Under the pieces are notes generated by a model, which worked only from the letters and a program-made list of their open reading frames with translations, did not search any database and had not been told where the DNA came from. A stretch of DNA of 64,000 nt, from the NCBI GenBank assembly GCA_002269645.1, contig NIVC01000673.1, forward strand, positions 124,001-188,000, written 5' to 3'. The position numbers and the translations under genes were made by a program. This DNA is from Macrostomum lignano. Its lineage: Eukaryota. Of this stretch, positions 24,723 through 36,450 are shown in pieces (within the stretch, counting starts at the first letter, position 1; the number at the start of each line of letters is the position of its first letter).

Positions 24723-27700
24723 ATGAACCTGCGGCTGCTTCTAGCGAGAACTCCGTGTCCCGGCTGCTATTATTCCCGGTTCGCCATCAGAGTTGGCTCA
24801 GCGGCTGCTGCAGTGCTCTGCCTCTTGTTTATCGGTGAGAAGCTGTGCTGCATCTGTCTGGCTCATGCAGATCCATAAAGCACCCTGTTGTATCTCAGTC
24901 AGCTGTGTGTACTGCAATAGGCCCCTGTTGTATCTATACTCCATATTGCAGTCAGCTGTGTGTACTGCAATAGGCCCCTGTTGTATCTATACTGCATATT
25001 GCAGTCAGCTGTGTGTACTACAATAGGCCCCTGTTGTATCTATACTGCATATTGCAGTCAGCTGTGTGTACTACAATAGGCCCCTGTTGTATCTATACTG
25101 CATATTGCAGTCAGCTGTGTGTACTACAATAGGCCCCTGTTGTATCTATACTGCATATTGCAGTCAGCTGTGTGTACTACAATAGGCCCTGTTGTATCTA
25201 TACTGCATATTGCAGTCAGCTGTGTGTACTACAATAGGCCCTGTTGTATCTATACTGCATATTGCAGTCAGCTGTGTGTACTGCAATAGGCCCCTGTTGT
25301 ATCTATACTGCGTATTGCAGTCAGCTGTGTGTACTACAATAGGCCCCTGTTGTATCTATACTGCATATTGCAGTCAGCTCTGTGTGTACTACAATAGGCC
25401 CTGTTGTATCTATACTGCATATTGCAGTCAGCTGTGTGTACTACAATAGGCCCTGTTGTATCTATACTGCATATTGCAGTCAGCTGTGTGTACTACAATA
25501 GGCTCCTGTTGTATCTATACTGCATATTGCAGTCAGCTGTGTGTACTACAATAGGCCCCTGTTGTATCTATACTGCATATTGCAGTCAGCTGTGTGTACT
25601 GCAATAGGCTCCTGTTGTATCTATACTGCATATTGCAGTCAGCTGTGTGTACTACAATGGGCCCCTGTTGTATCTATACTGCATATTGCAGTCAGCTGTG
25701 TGTACTACAATAGGCCCTGTTGTATCTATACTGCATATTGCAGTCAGCTGTGTGTACTACAATAGGCCCTGTTGTATCTATACTGCATATTGCAGTCAGC
25801 TGTGTGTACTGCAATAGGCCCCTGTTGTATCTATACTGCATATTGCAGTCAGCTGTGTGTACTGCAATAGGCCCCTGTTGTATCTATACTGCATATTGCA
25901 GTCAGCTCTGTGTGTACTACAATAGGCCCCTGTTGTATCAATACTGCATATTGCAGTCAGCTCTGTGTGTACTACAATAGGCCCCTGTTGTATCTATACT
26001 GCATATTGCAGTCAGCTCTGTGTGTACTGCAATAGGCTCCTGTTGTATCTATACTGCATATTGCAGTCAGCTCTGTGTACTACAATAGGCCCCTGTTGTA
26101 TCTATACTGCGTATTGCAGTCAGCTGTGTGTACTGCAATAGGCTCCTGTTGTATCTATACTGCATATTGCAGTCAGCTGTGTGTACTACAATAGGCCCCT
26201 GTTGTATCTATACTGCATATTGCAGTCAGCTGTGTGTACTACAATAGGCCCTGTTGTATCTATACTGCATATTGCAGTCAGCTGTGTGTACTGCAATGGG
26301 CCCCTGTTGTATCTATACTGCATATTGCAGTCAGCTGTGTGTACTACAATAGGCCCCTGTTGTATCTATACTGCATATTGCAGTCAGCTGTGTGTACTGC
26401 AATAGGCTCCTGTTGTATCTATACTGCATATTGCAGTCAGCTGTGTGTACTACAATGGGCCCTGTTGTATCTATACTGCATATTGCAGTCAGCTGTGTGT
26501 ACTACAATAGGCCCTGTTGTATCTATACTGCATATTGCAGTCAGCTGTGTGTACTACAATAGGCCCTGTTGTATCTATACTGCATATTGCAGTCAGCTGT
26601 GTGTACTGCAATAGGCCCCTGTTGTATCTATACTGCATATTGCAGTCTGCTGTGTGTACTGCAATAGGCCCCTGTTGTATCTATACTGCATATTGCAGTC
26701 AGCTCTGTGTGTACTACAATAGGCCCCTGTTGTATCAATACTGCATATTGCAGTCAGCTCTGTGTGTACTACAATAGGCCCCTGTTGTATCTATACTGCA
26801 TATTGCAGTCAGCTCTGTGTGTACTGCAATAGGCCCCTGTTGTATCTATACTGCATATTGCAGTCAGCTCTGTGTGTACTGCAATAGTCCCCTGTTGTAT
26901 CAATACTGCATATTGCAGTCAGCTGTGTGTACTGCAATAGGCTCCTGTTGTATCTATACTGCATATTGCAGTCTGCTGTGTGTACTACAATATGGGTGGC
27001 ATCTGTGTGTACTACAATAGGCCCCTGTTGTATCAATACTGCATATTGCAGTTAGCTCTGTGTGTACTACAATGGGCCCCTGTTGTATCCATACTGCATA
27101 TTGCAGTCAGCTCTGTGTACTACAATAGGCCTGCAGCCTACAGCAGCGGCGGAGGTAACAGTTTGAGTTTGCGAGATGACTGCAGCTGTGAAGCTAACTG
27201 ACCTCAGCTTAACTCTCTGATCTTGTAATTGCAGCTGCTGTTTATATGTTTGTCATCAATGACTCACTGCATAGCCGTATGACTCATTTAGAAAACACTT
27301 TGAGTCTCACAAATTCAAAAAATTCACCCAATGACTCTTTGTCAGTTAAGGACCATATGACTCACTCAATGACCATATGACTCACTCAATGACCATATGA
27401 CTCTTTCAATGACCATATGACTCACTCAATGACCATATGACCCACTCAATGACCATATGACCCACTCAATGACCATATGACTCACTCAATGATCATATGA
27501 CTCACGTAATGCCTATATGACTCCTTCAATGACCATATGACTCACTCAATGATCATATGACCCACTCAATGACCATATGACTCACTCAATGATCATATGA
27601 CTCACGTAATGACTATATGACTCATTCAATTACCATATGACTCACTCAATGATCATATGACTCATTCAATGACCCAATGACCCATTAAATAACCATGAAT

Positions 27701-30700
27701 GACTCACCCAATCATTACATAACTCAATAGCTCATTAACCCTAGCCATTTGATAACTCACTTGTAAAGTTTAAACCAGCTGACGCACCCAATGACTCACT
27801 CAACTGCTATCTAACTGTCTCAGTGTTTCACTGTCTCTGACTCACTTCAATGACTTGCTGACCCACTCACTGACTCATCGTGCAGCACTCCCCCCCATAC
27901 GCAGCCAACAGCATACTCAGGTCAGCGCTGCAGCCTGCTCAATTGGCAGACAAACTTCAGAATGCCCAATTCGACACGGGCAGCAGAGTCGGTGGCGACC
28001 GTCTGCCAGCAGTCGGTGGTGGCGCAGACGAGCTGCACAGACTAGCTCAGCACCTGCGGTTGGTGTACGCCGTCACGGCTAACACCGATTCGGGGGGCGG
28101 CTCGCACTCTGTTGTCATCCGGCTGGGAAATCCGTTTAAAACTCGGCTGGGAGCCGGAATCCGATGGAGAATGTACTTTTCATTGATGCACCCCGTTGTG
28201 CAGCACCAGACGGGTGGCGGCTGCGGCCGGAAGCTGCAGTTTTTATTCAAGCACGTCAATGGCTACCTGCACTACCTGGAGCCGACGGGTGAGGCGGCCG
28301 CTGACGGCCTGCCACCTGGGGACGACTGTCTGATTGAGTACACTGGCAATGGCCACATTATTGGCAGGTGAGTGCTTAGAGTAGCTTGAAAAATGGCATC
28401 GAATTCTGGCCATACTACTTACAGTAGAAATGCAAGAATATAGCACCGTATTTTAATTATCCTACTTACAGTAGAAATGCAAGAAAAAACATCGTATTTT
28501 AATTACCCTACTTACAGTAGAAATGCAAGACAATGGCATCGTATTTTAATTATCCTACTTACAGTAGAAATGCAAGACAATAGCACCGTATTTTAATTAT
28601 CCTACTTACAGTAGGAATGCTTGACAATAGCATCGTATTTTAATATCCTACTCACAGTAGAAATGCAAGTAAATCCACAAAAACCCCTCTCAGATACGAC
28701 GCCTTCCCCAACTGGTACCTGGTGCCTCTGATGCCGCCCAGTTACGAAGCCGAGTCGCCGCAGGCGGTTGTTGTCGAATGCACGGCCGGATTGGCCAATC
28801 AGTTCGTGGCGCCGCTCCTCACGCCGGCCCAGTTCAAACGAGGCCAGGCGGACGCGCACTCGCCTTGGACACCGGAGGAGAGAGAGCGGCGAAGGCTGGC
28901 CTACCTGGGCGGCAGGTGAGGCAGTCGGATTGGATGGGAGGCCTGCTGGCTTTGCAGTGGGGCACTGGTTACTCAATTATCCCCTGGTTACTGTGGTATT
29001 CGAACCCCGGACGTCCCGTGGGTTACCTTTGCTTGTCCATGACGGGATCTTTCACCTCCGCTCTCTCACCCTCGACTCTCACCCTCCCTGCTCTCTCACC
29101 CTCTACTCACCCTCTGCTCTCACCCTCTGCTCTTCCTCTCTCTCTACCCAACCTCAAGACTCGGACCCCCAACCGCACGACTCAAAACCCCCCACCGCAA
29201 GACTCAAACTCCCAACCGCGAGACTCGAATCCCCAACCGCAAGACTCGTACCCCAAACCGCAAGATTCGAACCCTCAACCGCAAGACTCGAACCCCCAAC
29301 CGCAAGACTCGAACCCCCAACCGCAGGACTCGAACTCCAACCGCAAGATTCGAACCCCCAACCGCAAGACTCGAACCCCCAACCGCAGAACTCGAACTCC
29401 CAACCGCAAGATTCAAACCCTCAACCGCAAGACTCGAACCCCCAACCGCAAGACTCGAACCCCCAAACGCAAGACTCGAACCCCCAACCGACTCCAGAGA
29501 GGCGCCGGCGCCCTCCAAGTCCGCGCCGCCGCCGCGCCTGGTCCCGGCGCCAATCCACGTGCAGCCGCTGCCGCCCGGACAGCTCGGGCTGCCCCTGGCC
29601 GGACTGCTGCTGGCCGCCAGAATTCGAAGCGAAGTCGGCTGCGACTCTGCCGAGCTCACCTTGGCCTACCTTGAGGAGCGGAGGAAGGCCCTGTCCCCAG
29701 CCTCATCAGCGGCAGCTGAGCCCATAGACATCTCGCTGTGCGCCAGGCCTGAGGAGGCGTCCCTGACGGCAGCGCTGGCCAGCACAAAGCAGCCGGCTCT
29801 GCTCCAGTTTCAGCGCAGGTGGGCCTATCTGCTCAGATTCCACCCGACAAGGCGGCGACTCGAGCTTCGAGCATTCGCTCCCGAAGGCCTGTTCGCCGCT
29901 GCCCAGACTCTGCTGGCCCTGCTGCACGATCCCGGGCCTCCGCTGAGCGTTCGCTCCGTGCTGGATTATCCGAGATTTGAGTACCGCGGACTCATGCTAG
30001 ACGTGGCCAGGAACATGCAGCCTCTGGCAGTGCTGCTCAAGATCCTTGACGTCATGGCCATGTACAAGCTCAACAAACTGCACCTGCACCTGTCCGATGA
30101 TGAGGGACTTCGGCTGCCCATCACCGACGCCTTCAAGCTGGCGAGCAGGCGGTGCCACGACCCCAGCGGGAAGCTGTGCCTGCCGCCTCAGCTGGGATCG
30201 CATCCCACCGATGGGAGACCGCCTGGGGTTGGGTACTACAGCTCTACTGAGTATGCCCAGCTGCTCAAGTATGCGGCCGACCGGTTCATTGAGGTCATTC
30301 CTGAGGTCAGTGCTCTCTGATCCCCATCACTATCCCTCTGATCCCCATTACTATCCTACTGATCCCCATCATTATCCCACTGATCCCCATCATTATCCCA
30401 CTGATCCCCATCATCATCCCACTGATCCTCATCATTATCCCACTGATCCCATCATTATCCCCTGATCCACATCATTATCTCACTGATCCCATCATTATCC
30501 CACTGATCCCCATCATTATCCCACTGATCCCTATCATTATCCCTCCGATCTCCATAATTATCCTCTGATCCCCATCCCCATCATTATCCCACTGATCCCC
30601 ATCATTATCCCTCTGATCCCCATCATTATCCCACTGATCCCCATCATATCCCACTGATCCCCATCATCATCCCACTGATCCTCATCATTATCCTCCTGAT

Positions 30701-33700
30701 CCCCATCATTATCCCACTGATCCCCATCATTAACTCACTGATGCTCATCATTATCATTATCCCACACCCAGCATCTCCCTCAACCGCACCCAGCATCCCC
30801 ATCAATCTCACACCCATCATCCCCATCTCCATCACCAGGTGGACATGCCAGCCCACGCCCACTCTCTGATCGCAGCCCACCGCCACCGAGCTCAGCTCAC
30901 GGACCCCGGAGACCCCAGCAGGCCCGTCAGCGTGCAGAACTACTTCAACAACAGCCTGAACCCCTGCATGCCGGACACCCAGCAGCTGGTGCGCAGAGTG
31001 GTGTCTGACCTGGTCCGCCTGCACTCCCTGGCCGGCGTCCCACTGAGCACCTTCAACTTTGGTGGCGACGAGCCCCCCGGAGACGCGTGGCAGGCCTCTC
31101 CAGCCTGCCAGCGACTGGGCCTGGGCAGCAGGGACTCCATCAACCGGCTGTTCTTGAGAACTGTGGCAGAGCAGGCCGGCAGGCACGGGCTGTCTCTGAT
31201 GGGCTGGGAAGACGGCTACGTTGTCAAGGACTCGGACAAGAGGCCGTACAACCTCACTGAAGTTCTTGCCACTGCGGACCGGCGGCCTAACGGGTCTCTG
31301 GTGCTGAGCTGGCTGAACCAGATGGCATGGGGCTCTGGGGACCTGGCGTACAAGTTTGCCAACCAGGGGTACAAGGTGAGCGGCATCTCTGTTTGGTGAC
31401 CGCCCTCCCAGATCCTCAGTTGCTGGGCCAGCCTCCCAGATCCTCAGTTGCTGGGCCAGCCTCCCAGATCCTCAGTTGCTGGGCCAGCCTCCCAGATCCT
31501 CAGTTGCTGGGCCAGCCTCCCAGATCCTCAGTTGCTGGGCCAGCCTCCCAGATCCTCAGTTGCTGGGCCAGCCTCCCAGATCCTCAGTTGCTGGGCCAGC
31601 CTCCCAGATCCTCAGTTGCTGGGCCAGCCTCCCAGATCCTCAGTTGCTGGGCCAGCCTCCCAGATCCTCAGTTGCTGTGCCAGCCTCCCAGATCCTCAGT
31701 TGCTAGGCCAGCCTCCCAGATGCTCAGTTGCTGGGCCAGCCTCCCAGATCCTCACTTGCTGTGCCAGCCTCCCAGATCCCCAGTTGCTGGGCCAGCCTCC
31801 CAGATCCTCAGTTGCTGTGCCAGCCTCCCAGATCCTCAGTTGCTAGGCCAGCCTCCCAGATGCTCAGTTGCTGGGCCAGCCTCCCAGATCCTCACTTGCT
31901 GGGTCACCCTCCCAGACCCTCAGCCAGCCGAAATCCCCAGCTCACGATCTCAGCTCACCACCCCTCCGCAGGTGGTGCTGGCGCACGCCACCCACCTGTA
32001 CCTGGACCACCAGCAGGAGCCGGATCCCGAGGAGCGCGGTCTCTACTGGGCCACGCGGTTCATCGACCTGCGCAAGGCGTTCTCGTATGACGCGGCCGAC
32101 ATCTACGCCAACATGCGGGAGGACATCATGGGGCAGCCGGTGAGCGGCCGAGGGACTGGGATTTTGGGACTGGGATTTCGGGACTGGGATTTCGGGACTG
32201 GGATTTCGGGACTGGGATTTTGGGACTGGGGTTTCGAGACTGGGATTTTGGGACTGGGATATCCGGACTGGAATTTCGGGACTCGGATATCTTGACTGGG
32301 ATTTCGGGACTGGGATTTCGGGACTGGGATTTCGAGACTGGGATATCTTGACTAGGATTTCGGGACTGGGATTTTGAGACTACGCTTCGAGACTCACACC
32401 AAGTGCCGCACCATCCCAGGTGGACGTGAAGGCCACCTGCTCGCAGCGCGGAGGCTGCGCCAGTCTCCATCAGCCCGGCAACATCATTGGCCTGAGCGGC
32501 GCTCTGTGGGGCGAGACTCTGCAGGCGGAGCAGCTGGCCCTCCCAATGCTGCTGCCGCGGCTGCTGGCTGTGGCCGAGCGGGCCTGGCACCGCGCCAGCT
32601 GGGAGGCCGCCAAGGACCCGCCGGCCCTAAGAGACGCGCTGCTGGCCGCTGACTGGGCCGCCTTCGTTGACGCGGTGAGCAGGCGGGAGCTGTCGCGGCT
32701 GTCCCGTCTGAGGATTCCGTTCAGCCTGCCGCCGCCTGCGGCTCTGCGCAGCCCGGCGTCCGGGAGGGTCCGCCTGAGCCACCAGATGCCGCACAATGTC
32801 CGCCTGCTGTACGCCTTTGCGGGCTCCGGCAGGGGCGAGCATTGGGAGGAGGCGGCGAGGCACGGGGACGAGGTTGCTGTGCCTGATGGAGCAGTGAGGA
32901 TGCTGCTGAAGGCTGGGTGAGTGATCTGCTGGTTGCTGTGCCTGATGGAGCAGTGAGGCTGGGTGAGCGATCTGCTGGTTTCTGTGCCTGATGGAGCAGT
33001 GAGGCTGGGTGAGTGATCTGCTGGTTGCTGTGCCTGATGGAGCAGTGAGGCTGGGTGAGCGATCTGCTGGTTGCTGTGCCTGATGGAGCAGTGAGGCTGG
33101 ATGCTGCTGAAGGCTGGATGCTGCTGAAGGCTGGGTGAGTGATCTGCTGGTTGCTGTGCCTGATGGAGCAGTGAGGCTGGATGCTGCTGAAGGCTGGGTG
33201 AGTGATCTGCTGGTTTCTGTGCCTGATGGAGCAGTGAGGCTGGATGCTGCTGAAGGCTGGGTGAGTGATCTGCTGGTTGCTGTGCCTGATGGAGCAGTGA
33301 GGCTGGATGCTGCTGAAGGCTGGGTGAGTGATCTGCTGGTTGCTGTGCCTGATGGAGCAGTGAGGCTGGGTGAGTGATCTGCTGGTTTCTGTGTCTGATG
33401 GAGCAGTGAGGCTGCTGCTGAAGGCTGGGTGAGTGATCTGCTGGTTTCTGTGCCTGATGGAGCGGTGATCGATTTCGGTTATTCATTATCGATTTCGGTT
33501 ATCCATTATCGATTTCGGTTATCAATTATGGATTTCGGATATCCATTATCGATTTCGGTCACTAATTATCGATTTCGGTTGTTAATTATCGATTTCGGTT
33601 GTTAATTATCGATTTCGGTCATCAATTATTGATTTAGTTGATCAATTATCGATCGGGATCACTAACGCTCTCTCCCGCTCCCTCCACGCCAGCTTCGGGG

Positions 33701-33942
33701 ACCCCGGCAACCGCCATGAGAGCTACATCGAGAGTCGCACCGTCCAGCTGCCGCTGACGGCTTCATCAGCCTCCGGCCAGCTTCTCCGCGAGCCCGGCCG
33801 GCCGCCATCGGCGAATGGCGTCGAAGGGGCGGCCAAGTCGACGGCCCTGCGCTGGCTGCTGCTGCTGCTGCTGGCAGCGGCTGCTGTCGGCCTCGCCTGC
33901 CTCGCCTGCTGCTGGGCCAGCCTGCCTCCGAAAGGCTCCTGA
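24723..33942 (+). CDS. Chitobiase-type beta-N-acetylhexosaminidase (CHB_HEX N-terminal domain + GH20b + GH20), ~1033 aa, hydrophobic N- and C-termini
   Basis: Exons 24723-24834, 27129-27154 (micro-exon, least certain), 27886-28367, 28694-28915, 29498-30305, 30839-31375, 31972-32139, 32420-32916, 33693-33942 total 3102 nt in one frame. Motifs: HVNGYLHYLEPT, YDAFPNWY, DYPRFEYRGLMLDVARN, MAMYKLNKLHLHLSDDEG, IEVIPE|VDMPAHA, NFGGDE, THLYLD...EPDPEERGLYWATR, GLSGALWGE, LLPRLLAVAERAWH. Confidence 0.9.
24890..27128. repeat. 53-bp satellite array, second copy, ~2.2 kb, in intron 1 of the hexosaminidase gene
   Basis: Same unit as 18650-22555. Confidence 0.97.
27355..27700. repeat. 20-bp intronic minisatellite (ATGACCATATGACTCACTCA)
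   Basis: Tandem units seen directly. Confidence 0.88.
28400..32390. repeat. Separate intronic minisatellites of the hexosaminidase gene: ~47 bp (28400-28670), 21 bp (29150-29490), 21 bp (30320-30760), 28 bp (31400-31900), 14 bp (32150-32385)
   Basis: Each intron carries its own unrelated tandem unit. Confidence 0.88.
32870..33470. repeat. Minisatellite built from the exon end plus splice donor (GTTGCTGTGCCTGATGGAGCAGTGAGG...GCTGG|GTGAGTGATCTGCTG)
   Basis: The first unit is coding sequence (VAVPDGAVRMLLKAG); later units repeat it together with GTGAGT. Confidence 0.88.
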
Positions 33943-33959
33943 CCTCATCTGACCTTTGC

Positions 33960-34505
33960 CTGGCTTTTGTTGGCCTCTGGGGCTCGTCTGTGACCTGGCA
34001 TGACCTTTGACTGGCGTGACTGACTGACTGATTGGTTGATTGGGCTTGACCTCATATGACCCTTGACTGGCTCATGTTAATTGGGCTTGACCTCATATGA
34101 CCCTTGACTGGCTCATGTTAATTGGGCTTGACCTCATATGACCCTTGACTGGCTCATGTTAATTGGGCTTGACCTCATATGACCCTTGACTGGCTCATGT
34201 TAATTGGGCTTGACCTCATATGACCCTTGACTGGCTCATGTTAATTGGGCTTGACCTTATATGACCCTTGACTGGCTCATGTTAATTGGGCTTGATCTCA
34301 TGACCTTTGACTGGCGTGACTGACTGACTGATTGGTTGATTGGGCTTGACCTCAATGACCTTTGACTGGCCCATGTTTATTGGGCTTGACCTCATATGAC
34401 CCTTGACTGGCTTATGTTAATTGGGCTTGACCTCATATGACCCTTGACTGGCGCATGTTAATTAGGCTTGACCTCATTTGACCTTTGACTGGCTCATGTT
34501 GATTG
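33960..34505. repeat. 41-bp minisatellite 3' of the hexosaminidase stop
   Basis: Unit TTGACCTCATATGACCCTTGACTGGCTCATGTTAATTGGGC. Confidence 0.9.
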
Positions 34506-36450
34506 AGCTCTGGAGCTCCCCCTCGACCTCAAATGACCTCTCCCTACCAACAGTAGTTCACATGCGAAGCTCATGATCTGAATTGATCTTGACCTGATTT
34601 GACCCTGTCTCTGTCCGACCCCTGACCATCTGAGACCCACCGCAGCCCCCACAGTGTATTCGAGACTGCAGCGACATTCCACTGCTTAACTTTGGTTGAA
34701 TTTCTGCAGAAATGTCGCTTTCGAACCAATGCGACAGGTTTTTATCTGTAAAAATTAATTATGATGCACTTTTTTAGAAATATTTTACTGACCTTATTGA
34801 TATTATTATTTCAATATTTCAAGCTTCTGTTCAAAGAGCCAGTTAAAATTATCAATCATATTTCTTTCATTCTCTTCGATTGGCTCCATTTCTGCTGAAA
34901 CAAATCATTTCATTCGCTTTTTGTCAGCAATTTCTGCTGTGCAAAAATTATTTCGGAAGCTAAAATGCGGTACATACTACTGCCTTGTTGTTTTTAATCC
35001 GAGTTTCTGACCGTGTTTTTAATTAGTAACTTTTTGTGTGCTTTTTGTTTAACCTTGCTAATCTCGATAAATAACACCGGAAGATTCAGTGCGCACACAT
35101 TCAAACAAAATTTTGATTTTTACGAAGTACTCGTAGTTGTAATGGATGTCCAAATCCCCAAGGATGTTGAGCTTCTCCATCACACACAAAATATACAGCC
35201 TCTCTGTTGCTATGGTAACTGAAGCCACAACGAACAAAAAATTTGCTTTTTCAGGCTTTGTTAGTTAGTTGCTATGGAAGTTACTGATTCAATAGGCTGG
35301 TTGCTAAGGTAACCAATAAAGTGTCTCTGCAGTGCTTCTGATTGACGAACTTGAAAGACTTACGGCACAAATTTTACCAAAGCTTGCAGTCACACACAAA
35401 CATGTCGTGCATTGGCGAGATGGGAAGTTTTCAGATTTTTAACACTGAGTGACTGAGTGTCGAGTGTCTGGAAATTCTGTCTTAAAATGTTTGTTCGTGT
35501 AATTCTCTATCGCCCTCGGCTGTTTTTCAGTCCCCTCCCTGAGCCTTGTTTTGTTTCTCCCTCTCTCTCTGTACGTACATAGCTAGCGTTCTTCTCTACC
35601 CTCAATTATCGATCGGTTAGCACCCCCTCCCCCCAGTCGGCCCTCCTTGGGCTCTTGCGTGTTGAACCCATTTGATTTCTTATCTCTTCCACTTCCCCTC
35701 CCGCCGCCTCTTAAATAAATAATATGCGCTGCACAGAGGTCTGAATCTTAAGTCTGGTCCTTTCCTTTTCTATACTAGCATCTTCAAATCGAGGTAAGAT
35801 AAGTATCTTAAGATAAGATAAGTATTTAAGATACTTAAGATAAGTAAGATTTCACAACAATCGAGATCAACCTCGTTCGCTGCACTATTAAAAAGCTTAG
35901 ATCGACTAGTTTATCAGCTCATTTTATCTGCATTCGTCTGCTCGTCTTCGGGGGTCCGCTGAGCTTATTCGCTTCGTCAGCTCTGAGTTTTGGTCATCCA
36001 TTTTCAGTCTTCTCAGCAGGATATGCGTCTGCTCGGATCTGGTCTCTTCATTTGTCTTGTTTCGCTTGATTTCGTGCTGGACGGTCTCTGCTTCTCTTCG
36101 TGGTCAAGGCTTCAGACTCCGCGTTCACTCAGGACTCAGGACTCAGGACGGACTGGGCAGCAACCTGAAGAAATTGATTCGTCCTGAAGCTAAGTTTTCG
36201 TTCGGAGCTGTTTTCATTTTACTGTGCTGTTCAAGTTTCAAATCATTTATTGATGCCTTTCTACTCATTGCATTTGCTAAATTACATTCGCTTTTGCTAA
36301 AACACCCGTATAGATGTTCACTCTGCCATTTTGCTTGCGGGTTCCTCATACAGATGAACTTCCCTTTGCTGTGCATGGGTCCTATTGCACTCCCCTCTGA
36401 ACTCTCTATTTCTTGCTGTGTGGTTGCTGCTCGTTGCTGCTCGTTGCTGC

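Larger units (their letters stand above)
16328..27128. repeat. Tandem segmental duplication, unit ~16328-22552 / ~22553-27128 (offset ~6230 bp)
   Basis: The unique blocks 16626-17155 and 18360-18660 recur almost identically at ~22858-23385 and ~24590-24890; ORFs at 16832/23061 and 18338/24569 are near-identical. Confidence 0.93.

Noticed and set aside
18729-27036. Dozens of Cys/Tyr-rich ORFs as a toxin or metallothionein family
   Set aside because: All derive from the 53-bp satellite; the unit length is not a multiple of 3 and there is no splice or codon support.
27880-33942. Chitobiase as bacterial contamination
   Set aside because: It is interrupted by phase-consistent GT-AG introns with branch points and host-type minisatellites, and is contiguous with metazoan genes.
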